A stretch of DNA of 58,114 nt, filler included, from Sphacelaria rigidula (taxonomy: Eukaryota), in the NCBI GenBank assembly GCA_964200075.2. It is 6 parts of 6 records of this genome, joined end to end, with 100 filler letters (N's around TTAATTAATTAA, not from the genome) between each part and the next. Parts side by side here need not be neighbours in the genome. Positions count along the whole stretch, not along the records: positions 1 to 9,604 come from CAXNAA020008117.1; positions 9,705 to 19,307 come from CAXNAA020008118.1; 4 more parts are not named here. The stretch is one strand, 5' to 3'. The stretch's first letter is position 1, and each line of letters begins with the position of its first letter. The translations under genes and the position numbers were made by a program. Positions 1-12,629 of the stretch are shown here, in pieces. Under the pieces are notes generated by a model. It saw nothing but the letters and a program-made list of their open reading frames with translations. It was not told the origin of the DNA and did not search any database.

Positions 1-142
1 ATTATAACTGCTACATGTCCTAAACATTTTGATGTCAATAACCGAAATATTCACCTGAATTCCCCGAAATTGGGTTTTCCCGTAGGACCACAACATTTCG
101 GTTACTGACATCCAAATGTTTAGGACATGTAGCAGTTATAAT
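1..142. repeat. Small foldback/MITE-like hairpin (~50-bp arms)
   Basis: 1-50 (attataactgctacatgtcctaaacatttt...) is the reverse complement of 93-142 with about 3 mismatches, around a ~42-bp spacer. Confidence 0.85.
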
Positions 143-197
143 TAGCTACCAGCAGGTGAAGGAATGGCACCGCATTTCGAAGATTTGGTGTCGATAC

Positions 198-270
198 GAA
201 GATTTTAATCCTCCAGGTTCTCATCCTCGATGAAAATCTCCATCCTCAACATAGATGATCGGCTGTTTGT
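198..270 (+). repeat. Dispersed repeat, second copy at 48514-48590
   Basis: gaagattttaatcctccaggttctcatcctc...ccatcctcaacata.atgat.ggctgtt occurs in scaffolds 1 and 6. Confidence 0.75.
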
Positions 271-749
271 GATGAAGCATCGTGAGCATCACCCTACCCG
301 GCTCCACGGAATACAGCATGAAGTGCGTCACGGGCGATATTGGCGGATTTTATTACTACTACTGTAGCAATTTTGCAGCTGCTCCGTGCACACACGAGAT
401 TGTTTTCTTCGTATCGTGTGACACGTCCACGTGACATTTTGTTTGGCGTAGATTTCGTCAAAGTGGGCCGTTCATTCCATTTTCTGTCTTGCAGTCGCTC
501 GGCGTTCGCCGGTATGGATAACTCCCGGGCGTCACCAGGATTGACGGCTAGCCTGGCTGATCGTCATGATGTATTTTTCTTCATATTACCCGCGATCACT
601 GCCTGAAATGTCGGCACCAGGTTTACATCGAAAGTACGCCAAAAGTAGCAGAAGTTTCGATGAACAAAACGTTTCTCCGGAAAAATGCAGGGGGTTTAAT
701 AATGAATCATCCTGCGGAAGAGGTGGTGGGTGTCGGAGTGGGCTCAATT

Positions 750-2000
750 AAGCCCAAATCGTGGGCTTACAGGGAGGTGTGCCAGAAGACCTGAATTATT
801 CGCGATGCGCTTTGTTCGGGTGACTACGGTATCAGTCAGCGTGAAGCATTGTCTCTTGTTTGTAGCAAGCGCATTCGAATACAAGTTGCTGCTTTCAATA
901 TCAACATGACAACAGCTGGGGTGCGCCGCAAAACGCCTTTTCCCGTGACAGTTTTGGGGGCTGATGTGAGGGTCGCCTGTCGCAGAATAACTCATGTAAG
1001 GCATATGATACTTCGAATTCCAATGGCTTCAACTATTTACGTTCGTTTTCCAGGTGTACTTCGGCCACGTTTTTCGCATCCATGGTGTGGTATTTGGAAA
1101 AAGCCAGGTCGTGAAGTCCACAATGTTTATGTGTGCAAACCCGGTCGACTGAAAGAAAACGGCGGTCGACCGGGTCGGGTCGTGCCGCTCTCCAAGCGGG
1201 GCATGCCATGCACGTGGACCAAGGTCACCGATGGTGTAGTAGACGTTACCTAAAATCATTCACCATTTTCCCTTTAACACACCCGTACGTCCTTGAAGCA
1301 CATATACTGACCGTACGAAACATCCAGACACCAAATTGCAACGTACCAGCACAAATACGGTAGCATTGGCCCTCACAAGTGCAAACGTCGAGAAGCATCT
1401 TGGTGCATGGACAACAGGAGCTCCTAGCAAAAATGATCATCTGTACGCCTTACAACAACACCAAGTCTTCGCTCAAAACCGTCACGGCAATTTTACCGAA
1501 CAGATCGAAAGATCCCATCAGGGGAGTCCTACTTCAGCACCGCCCGCAGTCCCACATGTCCATTTTGCATCCCAAGAGATTGCCTTTGGGGTGCCCGACT
1601 ACGCTGTCCACGAGGCGATCCACCGTCCTGCGGTCGATTGCCTGGTTCTCGAGCTCATTTACGAGAGTAACCATGAAAACAAAATAATCACAGCCCATCA
1701 TGTTCAGAGAACGTATTTTGTTTTCTTGGAGTGATTCTGCTCATGGGAATTGAGATTGACGCCCGTCAACTCGTTACACGTCCTGAGCCCTCCAAACAAA
1801 GCTCGACACTACGGACCGTGATTTGTTTCGTGAGGTCCTTCGGGGGATAGGTACAGTCCGGCGCACTTTCCGAGAACCGGATGAGGCTGTCGAACGCGGG
1901 CGTTTGCGGGCGGTTGGATGTTGAAGGGAAGGCCGTAGCCCTCCACTACTCTCTCCTCACTTGCACTTCCTCCTGGGCTGAAATCGGATAGTGCAATCTG
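750..2000 (-). mobile_element. Degenerate hAT-superfamily transposase remnant
   Basis: With frameshifts, the minus strand gives GLPFNI..N-PAFDSLIRF...PDCTYPPKDLTKQI (~1940-1820), resembling the hAT LPFxxVxxxxF...P..YxxPSR motif. GCKMDMW (~1560) follows, resembling the DxW first catalytic Asp. Multiple stops are present. Confidence 0.5.
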
Positions 2001-2989
2001 CAAGCATTTCACAGCATGGACGGAGGTCCCAAACCCTGCCCCACTACTTAGTAAACGCATTGCAGGAGTAATGACGGCAACAAACAACAATTTTCAGCAG
2101 AAGAAAAATCGAAGATGTAACGGAGAGGCCGCTTCTGAAAAGGCGGATACTACCTGATGTACATCGTGACGAAACAGGAATAGCACGCTCCATGGAAAAC
2201 AAGGGAGGGGTGCGAATAAATCTGTGCAACTTTGAATCAACGAAAAACAGGCGACAACAGCAATAAATGCACCTGCTTCATCCTTCATGCGGTCATCGGC
2301 GGGTTGTAGGTCGGCAGCGATGAAGTTCATCTTGGTCTGCAGAAAAAAAACGCGACGGAGATTGCTGTAGATCGGCGACACACAGGACAAAACATCCGTC
2401 CTCAGTTCGTGAAATCCCGTGTCAGGTCACGGTGGAGTTAATAAAAACTGGCATTTGTGCCCCTGATTCTTGAGTTCCTAACCCCTTGTTACTGAAAATG
2501 CGAATTCGGTCAAGGGAAAAACTGTGACCACCGGGAAACAAAAATATGCCCTGGAACAGTTTCAACCAGTAGAGCAAGCCATTGCGAGGTGTCAACATCA
2601 TTCTAGCCTTCTTTTCGGGCGTGAAACGATGGAGAAGGGCGAAAAAGGCAGTGATCAAGAAGATTATTTTTCGAGACAAAATAAATGTCCTTGGATTTTT
2701 TGTGAGACGTTCCGCCCTCGTGAAAGCCTCTTACACTAGGTAGACCACGGGGTGCACCGGTTTCACAAACAAAAGTGGCTTGTACGGCCCAACGGGAGAG
2801 CTTCGACCTGAAATGTTATACGTGGGCTCCCGACGTCGATGCGCTGGAGATGAATGCGGTCGTCGAAAAACTCGATATACGTACGCCCAGTTGTGACATA
2901 CTAAAAATGTTGGTCACAATGTTGAACGGGCTCTGGTCTGTCGTTTATCGTTTTTCTGTCGGATACCACTGGATTTCTGTCGTTTATTG

Positions 2990-3890
2990 TTTTTATGCTT
3001 GATGATCTCAAACGCTTCCAAACCTCAATTTTTTCGCACTTTCGAAACCTGCCTACCTGTGCCCTACTCGTTTCTATTACTATATTGATGTGTGCATCCC
3101 AAGAACAGGTTTTGATATCTCTACAAAGGTATGTATACTATTCTACGATCGGCAGTTCCTCTTCTCCTCACATCCACTTGAACTCTACCAGATTTTTTTC
3201 TTTGTCTTCGTCACTGACGAGTACCTCGCATTTGTTTGCGTTCGCTGTCACTCTCCATTTCCTCGTGTATTCTAGCGCCTTCTCTTTTTGTTTCTGCAAT
3301 CCTTCTGGTGTGTTTGATACCCCGACGAAGTCATCTGCGAACATCAATCCTGACACCATATCTTTACCCACCTTGACTCGTTGCCTTGCTGCTTCTATTG
3401 CTATCATCTGGTCATTAATAAGTATCTTGGATAAAGAGAGTGATAAGGTACATCCTTGTGTAACTCCTCGTGAAAGTTACAAAAAAGTTTGATATTTTCC
3501 CGTCTAGCATCATTGCACTTTTGGCATATTCCGTCATCTTCACCATTCTCCACATTTTTCGTCTGATCCCAGTTTCCCACAACTTTCTCACAGCCCATTT
3601 CTCCATACTGTGTCATAAGCCTTTCGTACGTTCAGAAAGGCACAACCCGGCGTCTTTCTTACCTTGAGTAATCGTATCTAGTGCGTCTTCATGGTCTACG
3701 CAACTACGGTTTTGTCTGAAACCTCTTAGTCCCTCGCTTTTTTTTTTCCCTTTGCTATTATAACATCGTTCCTACTCCATCGTTCAGAATCTTACGGAAT
3801 GTGTTCCCTACCGTGCTCAGTACCGTTATCCCTCTGAAATTCTCTCGGTCCGCCTTGCCTCTATTTTTTTTAAGGATGACTACTATACCA
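2990..3890 (-). mobile_element. Non-LTR retrotransposon (LINE) reverse transcriptase fragment, pseudogenised
   Basis: Minus-strand frames give KADRENFRGITVLSTVG, KLWETGIRRKMWRMVK and GLMFADDFVGVSNTPEGLQKQ...KWRVTANANKC (RT F/YADD motif in LINE context), with frameshifts between blocks. Confidence 0.9.
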
Positions 3891-4179
3891 TAGGTGGGGT
3901 CACATTGAGAAGATTACTGGCAGGCAATTGTTTCCCTTGGAGTCGCACGCCTGACACAAACTCCTCACTTGCATGCATGCTCGTGGATCGGTATTTCCCA
4001 CATTGTAGCGACTACAGCGTGAGAGGTAACGAAACGCGACTCACCAGCCAGTGGTTTACTATTTCCACAACATCGTTTGCGCCCTCCGCCCTCCGCCCTC
4101 CGCCCTCCGCAAAACATGTGCGCGATCTGACTCCTTCCCGACGTGTAAAACTCTTCCACACCCGATGTCGCTGCAGACC

Positions 4180-4390
4180 CGTGTCCCAAGAGATGTTTAG
4201 AACACTTTTCGCTGCCTCTGGTACATGAGATGAAACGTGATTGGAGTTGCTTGAAGAGATCCACGAGCATTGCCTTGGTTGTGTAACTGGAAACAAGAAC
4301 ACCAGAGCCGTGAGGTTCGGTTGGAGACAATGAATGACAGGTCCAACGAAGAGCTCGTAGCATCGCAAAGGTGTACTACATTCGAGCAAA
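4180..4390 (-). mobile_element. Degenerate LTR-retrotransposon RNase H C-terminal fragment
   Basis: LRCYELFVG..IHC...LTALVFLF...SW....HVPEAAK resembles the Gypsy FRxYLxGxxFxVxTDHxALxxL...RW...HxPG motif. Heavily decayed. Confidence 0.35.
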
Positions 4391-4906
4391 GACGGTCATG
4401 TTGGAACTTTTACTCGTAATGGAAACTTCAAGTCAAAAGAGTCGGAGTCCTTGGATCAACAAGTAACGATACGCCTGTGCCCCCCAAATAAAACGGTCGG
4501 CGACACAGCATGGACTGCCAAGGAGCATCCAAAACAATCAAGACACAAAAAACGTGGTGAAGACATGAATTCGAGGCGATCACGAACCGATATTTCACGT
4601 GTAGCGTTTCACACGACGCTTCAGGGATTTCCGAGGCAAATGCAATAAACCACTTACGGTAGGCTCATTTGTGGGCGGGAATTACGAACCCTGCCCTTGT
4701 TTTTCTTGTTGTCGTTTCAGTTGTTGAGGTATAGATATGTCGCCAACAACGGCATTTTTAGCAAAACAAAATCAGATCAAACCTAGACGGTCATGTTGAA
4801 GCTTTTATCGCGAAGAAATATCCAAGTCAAACAAGGTGACTTTTCATCCCAACAACGTCGTAAATTATGCTGCACCCCCTTCCCCCCTGCCTCTCCATAT
4901 CGGCGA

Positions 4907-4950
4907 AACGGAATCGAGTGCCGAGTAGAACGGAATCGAGTGCCGAGTAG
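4907..4950. repeat. 22-bp tandem duplication
   Basis: aacggaatcgagtgccgagtag occurs twice in tandem. Confidence 0.85.
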
Positions 4951-5254
4951 CACAAAAAACAAGAAAAAATCTCAAGCACGGTGGATAAATAAATTCAAGG
5001 CGACTTCGTACCGTTTTTTTCACGTACAGCTTCTTGGACGACTGTTTAGGGCTTCTTTGGGCGAACCAAAAAAGCGACTTGTAACTTTTTTTTTCAGCTG
5101 GACAAGGCAAGCGGCCCTTGACTGCGGATGGCGCCAATAGCGTATTTCAAGCAGAGGGCGCGCTTAATTTTAAGTGCTCTGGGAAACTCACGAGTTCAAT
5201 TCAGCCTTGCCTCTGAAGCATCGGACGCAGAGATCGTAGAGTCATACATCCTCC

Positions 5255-5831
5255 AGCCACCGCGGCCGCCGCCGCCGCCCCCGTTCCCGTGCCCACCCCC
5301 CCTAACGCCGCTGCCACTGCGCCCGCCTCCGCTCCCGTCCCTGTCCCCGTCTCCGCTCCTGGCTCCACCCATAACCCCCGTCTAGCGGCCGCTCCCGCCG
5401 TCGCCGCCCCCTGTTCTCCCACCCCCCACCCCCCATGCCCCCACGGCTATGCCCTTTTTCGGGTACTCTGGAACGGTTGAACACACGGCGCTTCGTAGGA
5501 TGGAGTGATGCCTGGATCAGCACCTTGCACCTTGCGCATAACCATGACTCCACGCCGCCGTCTCCCCCTCCGCCGCCGTTCCTATCGCGACCGCCTCTGC
5601 CACCACCTCCGCCGATATACCGTCTGATTGACCGCACTTCCTCCATGCCTCCCCCCCCCCCCCCCCCCCCCCCCTCCTCCAAGATAATCAGCAGTTGCTG
5701 TTGTTTGCCCTCTTANNNNNNNNNNCCCCCCCCCCCCCCCTTCCCCTCCCCACCCCCCCTCCCACCCCCCCCCCCGCTCTCCCCTCGTGTTTACCGCCCT
5801 TCCTCCCTGCCTCCCCCCCCCCCCCCCCCCC
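5255..5831. repeat. C-rich low-complexity/poly-C tracts with small gap
   Basis: (CCG)n and long poly-C runs; N gap at ~5716-5725. Confidence 0.85.
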
Positions 5832-6510
5832 GTTATAAGAAGCGATATGTCTCGTTTGGTGTTTAGTCCCATCCTGCGATGCAGTAGTGCCGCGTGGAGT
5901 GCCCCGAACGACCAGTGTCGGTTCAGAACAACCAAATCCGTTTACTTACGACCAATCGGATCGCTTGGTAGGAGACGCATTACACGCAGGGTCGTATTGT
6001 ACAGAGCGTACTACCGGAGGATGAGCGCTGTCGCCCGCGTGTTGAGTGTTAACCGAAAAAAATGGGTCGAAGGCATCCCGTCCACTTCCTCGGCAACAAG
6101 CCCGCCTCTTCCATGGAGTACGGAGTTTCCGTTATCGATGTAGTTTCCCGCCAGAACGTCATGATTTCCCGCCAGTACAGCATGGAATTCACTCAACTCC
6201 ACACCCTCGCTGCTACCCATGCCCAACCTCTCTCGGGTACAAGCCCACAATTTCGCTGTGGTGTGATGATGCAGCCTTGACATAGACACTCGAGCTGTGC
6301 CGGATTGCGTCGCTCTGCCCTCGGCGCTACATCACCCGCATAGCAATTGCAGCAGCGGGAGGTGTAATGCGCAACTACTACGTACTATACTCGAAAGCGT
6401 GCACATGTGGCCAGACAAGTGTAATATATCACGTGAAGTCTTCTCCTCCACGCTGGTGCACTGCAGCAACTTGGCACGTCTAGGGGCAGCAGGAATGCTA
6501 CGCAATGTCC

Positions 6511-6511
<1 letters not shown>

Positions 6512-6551
<40 letters not shown>
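6512..6551. repeat. (GT)n microsatellite
   Basis: About 20 GT units. Confidence 0.95.
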
Positions 6552-6553
<2 letters not shown>

Positions 6554-6745
6554 CGCTCTTGCGGAAAAGCGGCGCAATTTTTCCGGGACTGTCACGCACG
6601 ACGTGACAGTACAGTTGGTGACGACCTGATGTCGCGAGAGGTGTTGGAAGTAGTGTGTCCCACACGGGTAGGCCACAAATCACGTTCTCCGTCCATCGGT
6701 TCGCATTCTGATGGAGTGAGGCTCTCTCCGCTGCAGCTGCTTGGG

Positions 6746-7037
6746 ATGACACGCGATGCTGCGGCTCGTCAAATTGGAAGGATCCTGCCGTCATCTCTCC
6801 GATGGTTCCGATACGTTTCAGCGTCGTTCGTGATCATGCTACACACCATCCCGGTTGATTCTGCGGCATGCGAATCCACCACAGTGACAAAGACAGTGGC
6901 GAGCGTGGAAGACGCAAATGTGCTAATCGATGCCCTCTTGTGTACGGGGAGGGGGACATTCGAGGTTTCTTGGGAGGGATCAGTGGAGATAACGCAGACC
7001 ATGTACCTGACTGGAGGCAGCACGCTCATCGTTACAG
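6746..7037 (+). CDS. First exon of an adhesin-like / polymorphic outer membrane protein-like secreted protein (brown-algal type)
   Basis: ATG at 6746 is followed by a hydrophobic signal-like stretch (WFRYVSASFVIMLHTIPVDSA) and then VASVEDANVLIDALLCTGRGTFEVSWEGSVEITQTMYLTGGSTLIVTG. This matches the CxGGxFxVxWxGxVxxxxTxxVxxGTxLxVTG N-terminal motif I recall from Ectocarpus adhesin-like proteins. The exon ends at donor ACAG|GTAACC. Confidence 0.7.
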
Positions 7038-7186
7038 GTAACCCGGGTATACACACGGCAGTTGGAATCAACTGCAAACAAAAGAAATGCCATAGCTTTT
7101 GTACACTACTGTCTGTACATCACATCTGTTGAAACGTTTCCCTTCAGTACGAGCTGGGCCAGCCTAGAGGCGGATTTGAAGTTCGC

Positions 7187-7459
7187 AGGCCCATGCTCCC
7201 GCCAGTATTTGGAGTTGGACCCTGAAATTTGGTATGGATTATGAATAGAGCATGAAGAAAAAAATTACGCCGGCACCAGATTTTTTTTCATGAGTTGAAG
7301 GCATTTTACTGATACCTGAAAACCGATTATTGCCCATAACTCATGGGAAAAAAAATCTGGGGAAAAAAAAATCTGGTGCCGGCGTTTTTTTTCATGCCCC
7401 ATTCGTTGTCCACACCAAAATTCAGGATCCAACTCTAAATATTGGCGGGAGCATGGACC
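7187..7459. repeat. Palindromic MITE-like element (~115-bp arms)
   Basis: ccatgctcccgccagtatttggagttggaccctgaaatttggt... pairs with ...accaaaattcaggatccaactctaaatattggcgggagcatgg. The same GPCSRQYLELDPE peptide appears in ORFs on both strands. Confidence 0.85.
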
Positions 7460-9604
7460 TTTGAAAACCGGGTCGGTAGAAATTCGGAACAGTATTTCGC
7501 AGGCCACTTACCGGCCCGTGTTGAGTTTTCGTGTATTGAAAATTTGTACGGGCGCTCTCTAAGGCATAATTAACAAAACAAAGTGGGTCGGGTTGATTTT
7601 TTTCATTTGTTTTTACTGGTTTGGGGCGTTCTACTGTGGAGAATACCATTACTTGACGAGAACGGCGTAACCTCTCTAAAAAATAAAATGACGGCTCATT
7701 TTTTTATTTATTCGGCACTCTTTTGTGGTTCTCCACACCAAAATTCGTCGCCATCCGCTGAATGCATCGATCGAGAGTTTCATAGAGATTTGAGTTTGGG
7801 CGCCCTCTCCCTTTCGTATAGGAATTACGAGACATGGGGTTTAATCAACGAAGAAAAATGGGCCCAAACTTTTGAGCAGATGGGCACCTTCCCCATGATT
7901 AGACAAATAATACGATATGCGGATCACGGCCCAACTCGCCTGTGTCGATGAGATATTGCTGTGAGAGCTCAAATCCGTTCTTAGGCTGGCCCAGCTCGTA
8001 CACGTTATGAGAGGGCTGTTCGCGTCAGCTGACCCGTGACACATCATTGCCACCTCATGAGTAGCATGACACACCTTATGCGGGGCAACATCCGCAAGTT
8101 CAGGCGGTGGAGCATAGGGGTAGCTGGTAGCAGTAGCAATGACAGTCACCGTTTACAAGCCCAAATAGCATGTGCTCTGCATAGTGTCCGTCCCGTGTAA
8201 AAAATCCGCCCTCATTGTTGTTATTTTTTTCCCGTTGCCGATCGCAGGTCGCCGCAGATCCTTGTACCGGGCATGCTCAGGTGCACGTTCAGCACGAAAA
8301 CTAACCGCCTGTCGAGCCTTCATCTGTCGTTCGACCCCACCGTGCCGGCCAAGCAGCTTGCGAGGGCTAACTTGGGGGCACGCCTGATGCAGGGAATAAT
8401 CGGACCAACCGGTCCTGCGCCCCCCCAGGCGGGACCGACAGGTTTACCCGGAACGTGAGTGAAACACCTGCACGCACGACAGATCAAGGTCTGCTACGAG
8501 TATCCATACGAAATTTGGGGTGTGTTTGTACGCGTACTTCACACAGAACATGTACATGTGGTCGCACTCTTGAGCATTGCTGTATAACTCCGCGGCGAGC
8601 GAGCGTGCACGTGATATTTTCCCTGGCGAACGAAGCAAGCAGAGTGGCCTGAAAGCTTTGCTAGTGCCGAGTAAATCGACATAAGACGACAGGACAAACC
8701 GTCCTATAACATGTTCTAGAAGCGCACACCAGCGTCGGTATATTTGATATGATCCCCTTATGTTTTACGCTGCTCTGTCGTATGTGTGGAGTTAACCGAG
8801 ATGCGCACCTTAGGATTATTGGTAATATTGGGGTTGGGGTTGGGGTTAGGGTTAGGCGTCGACACCCTGAATGATTGATTGATTGAATGATTATCTCATA
8901 TTAGCTGATTGCAACAATGATTACACAAGGTTACATAGTGAAAATAGTGTGCACCCTTCATGCATTGCTACGCCCAGAAAAGAGTTTTTGTGCGGTCTCG
9001 TGATCATCCTGTATGGACAAATCCACGGTGTACGCCTACTGGGTCACCACGGGGTCTTATTCCACAAGGGCCTTCCCAGGGGGTGCTCTGAGCCAAATTT
9101 CACCCGTCAGGAGGATACGGTGTTCGTGTGCAAAAATCGGTGTTCATTCGTAGAAATTATCCTCACGAAGAGATTCCGGCGGAGTTTTTTTATTTCCGCT
9201 CGAAATATCCGAAATCGGTAGATTTTGGGGGACCAAAGCAGATCATTCACGTTTATCATTTTCTGACTCGGGGTAGTCGGCGGAATACGGAGCATGAAGT
9301 CGTTTTTAGTTGGGGGAGATGTTGTGACCTGTACTTTGAATCTAAAACGTTTATTTCGTTGGTGGCAGTAGCGCGACAACACACCGACTGTGCGAAAAAA
9401 AATCCAGCCTCAACGATTGTTCACCAGAACGGTCAGACGCCATGCCATTCGCGCACATACTCGAATAAAATTGGGTACAAAGCTACAAAGCACGTGAGTA
9501 TGTGTTCTGTTTTTCCGTCGCCTTCTTCCCCCCCCCCCCCCTCTGCCCTCGTCCCCCCCTCCACACCACCCCCAAACACCCCTCCGCCCCTCCTCCAGCG
9601 GCTC

Positions 9605-9704
9605 NNNNNNNNNNNNNNNNNNNNNNNNNNNNNNNNNNNNNNNNNNNNTTAATTAATTAANNNNNNNNNNNNNNNNNNNNNNNNNNNNNNNNNNNNNNNN
9701 NNNN
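9605..9704. other. Artificial scaffold-joining spacer (also 19308-19407, 29010-29109, 38712-38811, 48414-48513)
   Basis: An identical 100-bp N44-TTAATTAATTAA-N44 block occurs five times; the flanked segments decrease in length from 9604 to 9601 bp. Confidence 0.97.
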
Positions 9705-9759
9705 GAGAATATACTCGTCTATTACGGTGAACTCTATTGCTACATCAATAGATGCCTTC

Positions 9760-10060
9760 TATTGTCCAGGGTGTGGATTTTTTCGGAGGAAACTGTTCAT
9801 CCAAAGCACGCTACTCTATAGAAGGTGATTGCGACTCGAAAAAGTATGCTTCTCCCGACCCCACCCTTAACAGTGTTGCACAACAAAATATACGTAAATC
9901 GTGCCCGTTTGATGTCGTCCGAACTCACACCAACCCTAGAAGCGGCTGCTCGTCCAAAGGATCAACACACAGCGCAGGATCTTTGGACGATCCCTCGCCG
10001 AATCCATACATGAAAGCATGTCGCTCAACTTCTCGCCTGAAATTCACCCACGCATGGCCC
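9760..10060 (-). mobile_element. Degenerate Copia-type gag N-terminal fragment
   Basis: With two frameshifts it reads WVNFRREVERHAFMYGF...GVSSDDIKRARFTYILLCNTVKGGVGRSILF-ESQSPSIE*RALDEQFPPK, resembling the gag SPxxAWxxLxxxF motif. Confidence 0.5.
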
Positions 10061-12261
10061 ATAATACTGTCTAAGGGACGAATTTACCGAGCCTTCACCC
10101 AATGTTTGAGAATCGACACTCAATAGTATCGACCTACGCAGGGTGTTCCTTTGTCTATGTGCATCAACACCCGCACTCAAATCCATTGGATTTGGGAATC
10201 CAAGACCGGACATCCTACCCAACGCGGTGCTATCGACATGAGTACCTGCAGCTTCTCCGGATCGAGCTCCTGTCAAGCTGCTGAGCGGTGTTCCCCTTGC
10301 TCAGAAGTCCATCGGGACAGCGTCCTGCTGTGGCGGGCCTCGTGTTCCCATCGTTACGGAAGCCTCTTTATCCCTACTAGCTCGCAATTCCTCGAAGCTA
10401 TGGTGATCTTCCGGCGAGACTAACATCTCCTACGCGGAAATGTCCCGCCCCGCTACTAAGTTTCTACTCGTTTGCTGCGCGCTTTCTGTGCCACTCATGG
10501 TGAAAATCTATGTACTAAACCAAGTCTACCGTAGGTACTATACGCTAGGGTGTCGATATACGTGGAGCACACGCTGATTCATGCAGCGCCGACTGCTACA
10601 TCAGAAAGTACAAGGCAGCTCGCACAACACCAGTTGTCGAGATTGAAGCGATCAAAGACAGGTGTGCAGATATCTTTATTATCACGTCGAATGCCACCGA
10701 CATAAGAGAAGAAAGCACACACACTGATATCAGAGGGGCGAAAAGTGCGGGAGTGCACTTCCATCAGCTTCTCCGTACGTTATCACAAATGTCCCGCATT
10801 TCTTCCAATCGAGAACGCACAGCATACCTTCAGACAACTCTGCTTTTGTTCCTTGTCACTTTGAGAAGGAAAGTGATAAAAACACCGTTCTGCAGATCAG
10901 TCCGTTCTGTCGGAAAATCCGCCGCACTTTCCACCAACAATCTCGAAGCAGTATACTGGATCTTATGCTCTTGCATATCACGCTGTTTCCCATGGGTCAA
11001 ATTACCACATGATCAACAGTTCAACCAAAGGACACCCTTGGTCCTTGTCATCCCTCGCCTCAGCTTAGGATGTCTCTCCTCGCATGAAATTTGTTTGCGA
11101 CAGACACCGACACAAACACACCTTGCTGAGCACGCGACTGTTTGTACGCAGAAATGCTCCGTAGAGGATGCCATGGGTCATGCCAGCAAGAGTTAAGCCA
11201 TCCCTGCAGATATCTCCTTTCCACTCCGCATGCCAAGAAGGTCTACACGAGTGTTTGATCTCTCATATATCCCCCCAACTGGGTGGGATGCGGCAGACTG
11301 TTGTCCTTGTTTTGCAGACATCGGGTGGAATCTACGATCACAGTAACATCCCCCATCTTGCGATTATTAGATCTTGGCGAAACGGCGCTACCGTTCTTGC
11401 TAGTTAGCATGTGTGTGAGAGAGAGAGAACAGCAGCGGGGAGGGAAACATCACCCAGCTACTCGACGACGTGTCCTGCTGCGGACAGAAAGCACGTCCTG
11501 CCCAAGCAGAGAGGCAGAGAGGAATCGATTGTTGCATTGGTCAGCGCCATGGGCAGGAGACGACAACTGCGGGTATCCCGACGTTGTTTCCGGAGCCGTG
11601 CTACAATGACCGGCCGGCCGACACATGACAACTTGGGCATGTGATGGGAGCATGCATGATGCCGGTCTCTCGAGCGATTGGGAATCGTTGAACGAGGACA
11701 CACAAAGGACACCGGCGAGGAGCTTCCTCTCCGCCGTTGCTCTTGTCTTTGATGATATCGTCATCGACACGCGTGTACACCGCATTCGTTCGGTGCACCT
11801 AGCCACAGCTGCTCAACTGCTGCGGACATTTGGGGGGGAAGATGGCTTCGCTTGGTGCAATTGTTTCGCACTATTCCTGAGAATCAGTTATGCTATTTGA
11901 ACCCCATTTAGAGTTTAGCTCCATTTTTTTAAATCGGTTGTTATATCTCAGGTGCTTCGTTGCAAGTCAAAGCCGGCGCTGTAAACTTGCATGGGACCTC
12001 ATCTCTTGTGTTCGATGCTGCACAAGAAATTGATTAGCTGGTGTTGTCAGAGTGACCTAGACTCAATAGAGTGGAATCTGTATTGAGTGACCAGTCGGGT
12101 CAGCGTGGCTACTGAAACATCTAAATATCCCGGTGTTTCATACTCGACACGGTGTTGTTGGGTGTAAGTGGTCAGGAAGTCGTTGCTGCTTTGTGCGCCC
12201 AGGCCGAAGGCTACAGCAGCATGGGTCGTGGGTAGAACTGTACCTTCTACCAAGGTGCCTG

Positions 12262-12417
12262 TAATGCGTGGGAGGACCACGTGCTTAGGGGATTGCGTCG
12301 TAATTCAAACATCCCTATGGTTAGGGTTAAGGTTACGGTTACGGTTAGTGTTGGGGTTAGGGGTCAGGGGCGTGTTCCCTGCAGGTCATCTAAGCACGCG
12401 ATCCTCCCACGCATTAC
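12262..12417. repeat. Small hairpin element whose loop contains degenerate TTAGGG repeats
   Basis: gtaatgcgtgggaggaccacgtgcttag pairs with ctaagcacgcgatcctcccacgcattac. The interior has ggttagggttaaggttacggttacggttagtgttggggttagggg. Confidence 0.8.
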
Positions 12418-12629
12418 GGTACCGATGTCGTAGAACGAGCTAAGAAGGAGGTATGGTAACGATATACAGACAGCACGTATTCGCACTAAATGGTGTGCAA
12501 TAAAATGACAGACACATGCTGCAATCGTGTAGTACAAAGGAGTACGGCATCGGCGGCGAATGCGAAAAGAATCCCAGAAAACAAAAAAGCCCAGGATACA
12601 ATAATGAGAAATACAAAATACGATCGTGG

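Noticed and set aside
5128-5935. Proline/glycine-rich ORFs (formin/extensin-like)
   Set aside because: They are translations of poly-C/CCG low-complexity DNA with a gap and a locally duplicated segment; there is no domain evidence.
8393-8454. Candidate second exon of the adhesin-like gene (CAG...GTGAGT)
   Set aside because: Splice-like signals exist, but there is no pyrimidine tract and the in-phase peptide does not resemble the family.
9649-9660. TTAATTAATTAA as a biological palindromic site
   Set aside because: It is centred in identical N blocks five times and is a synthetic linker.
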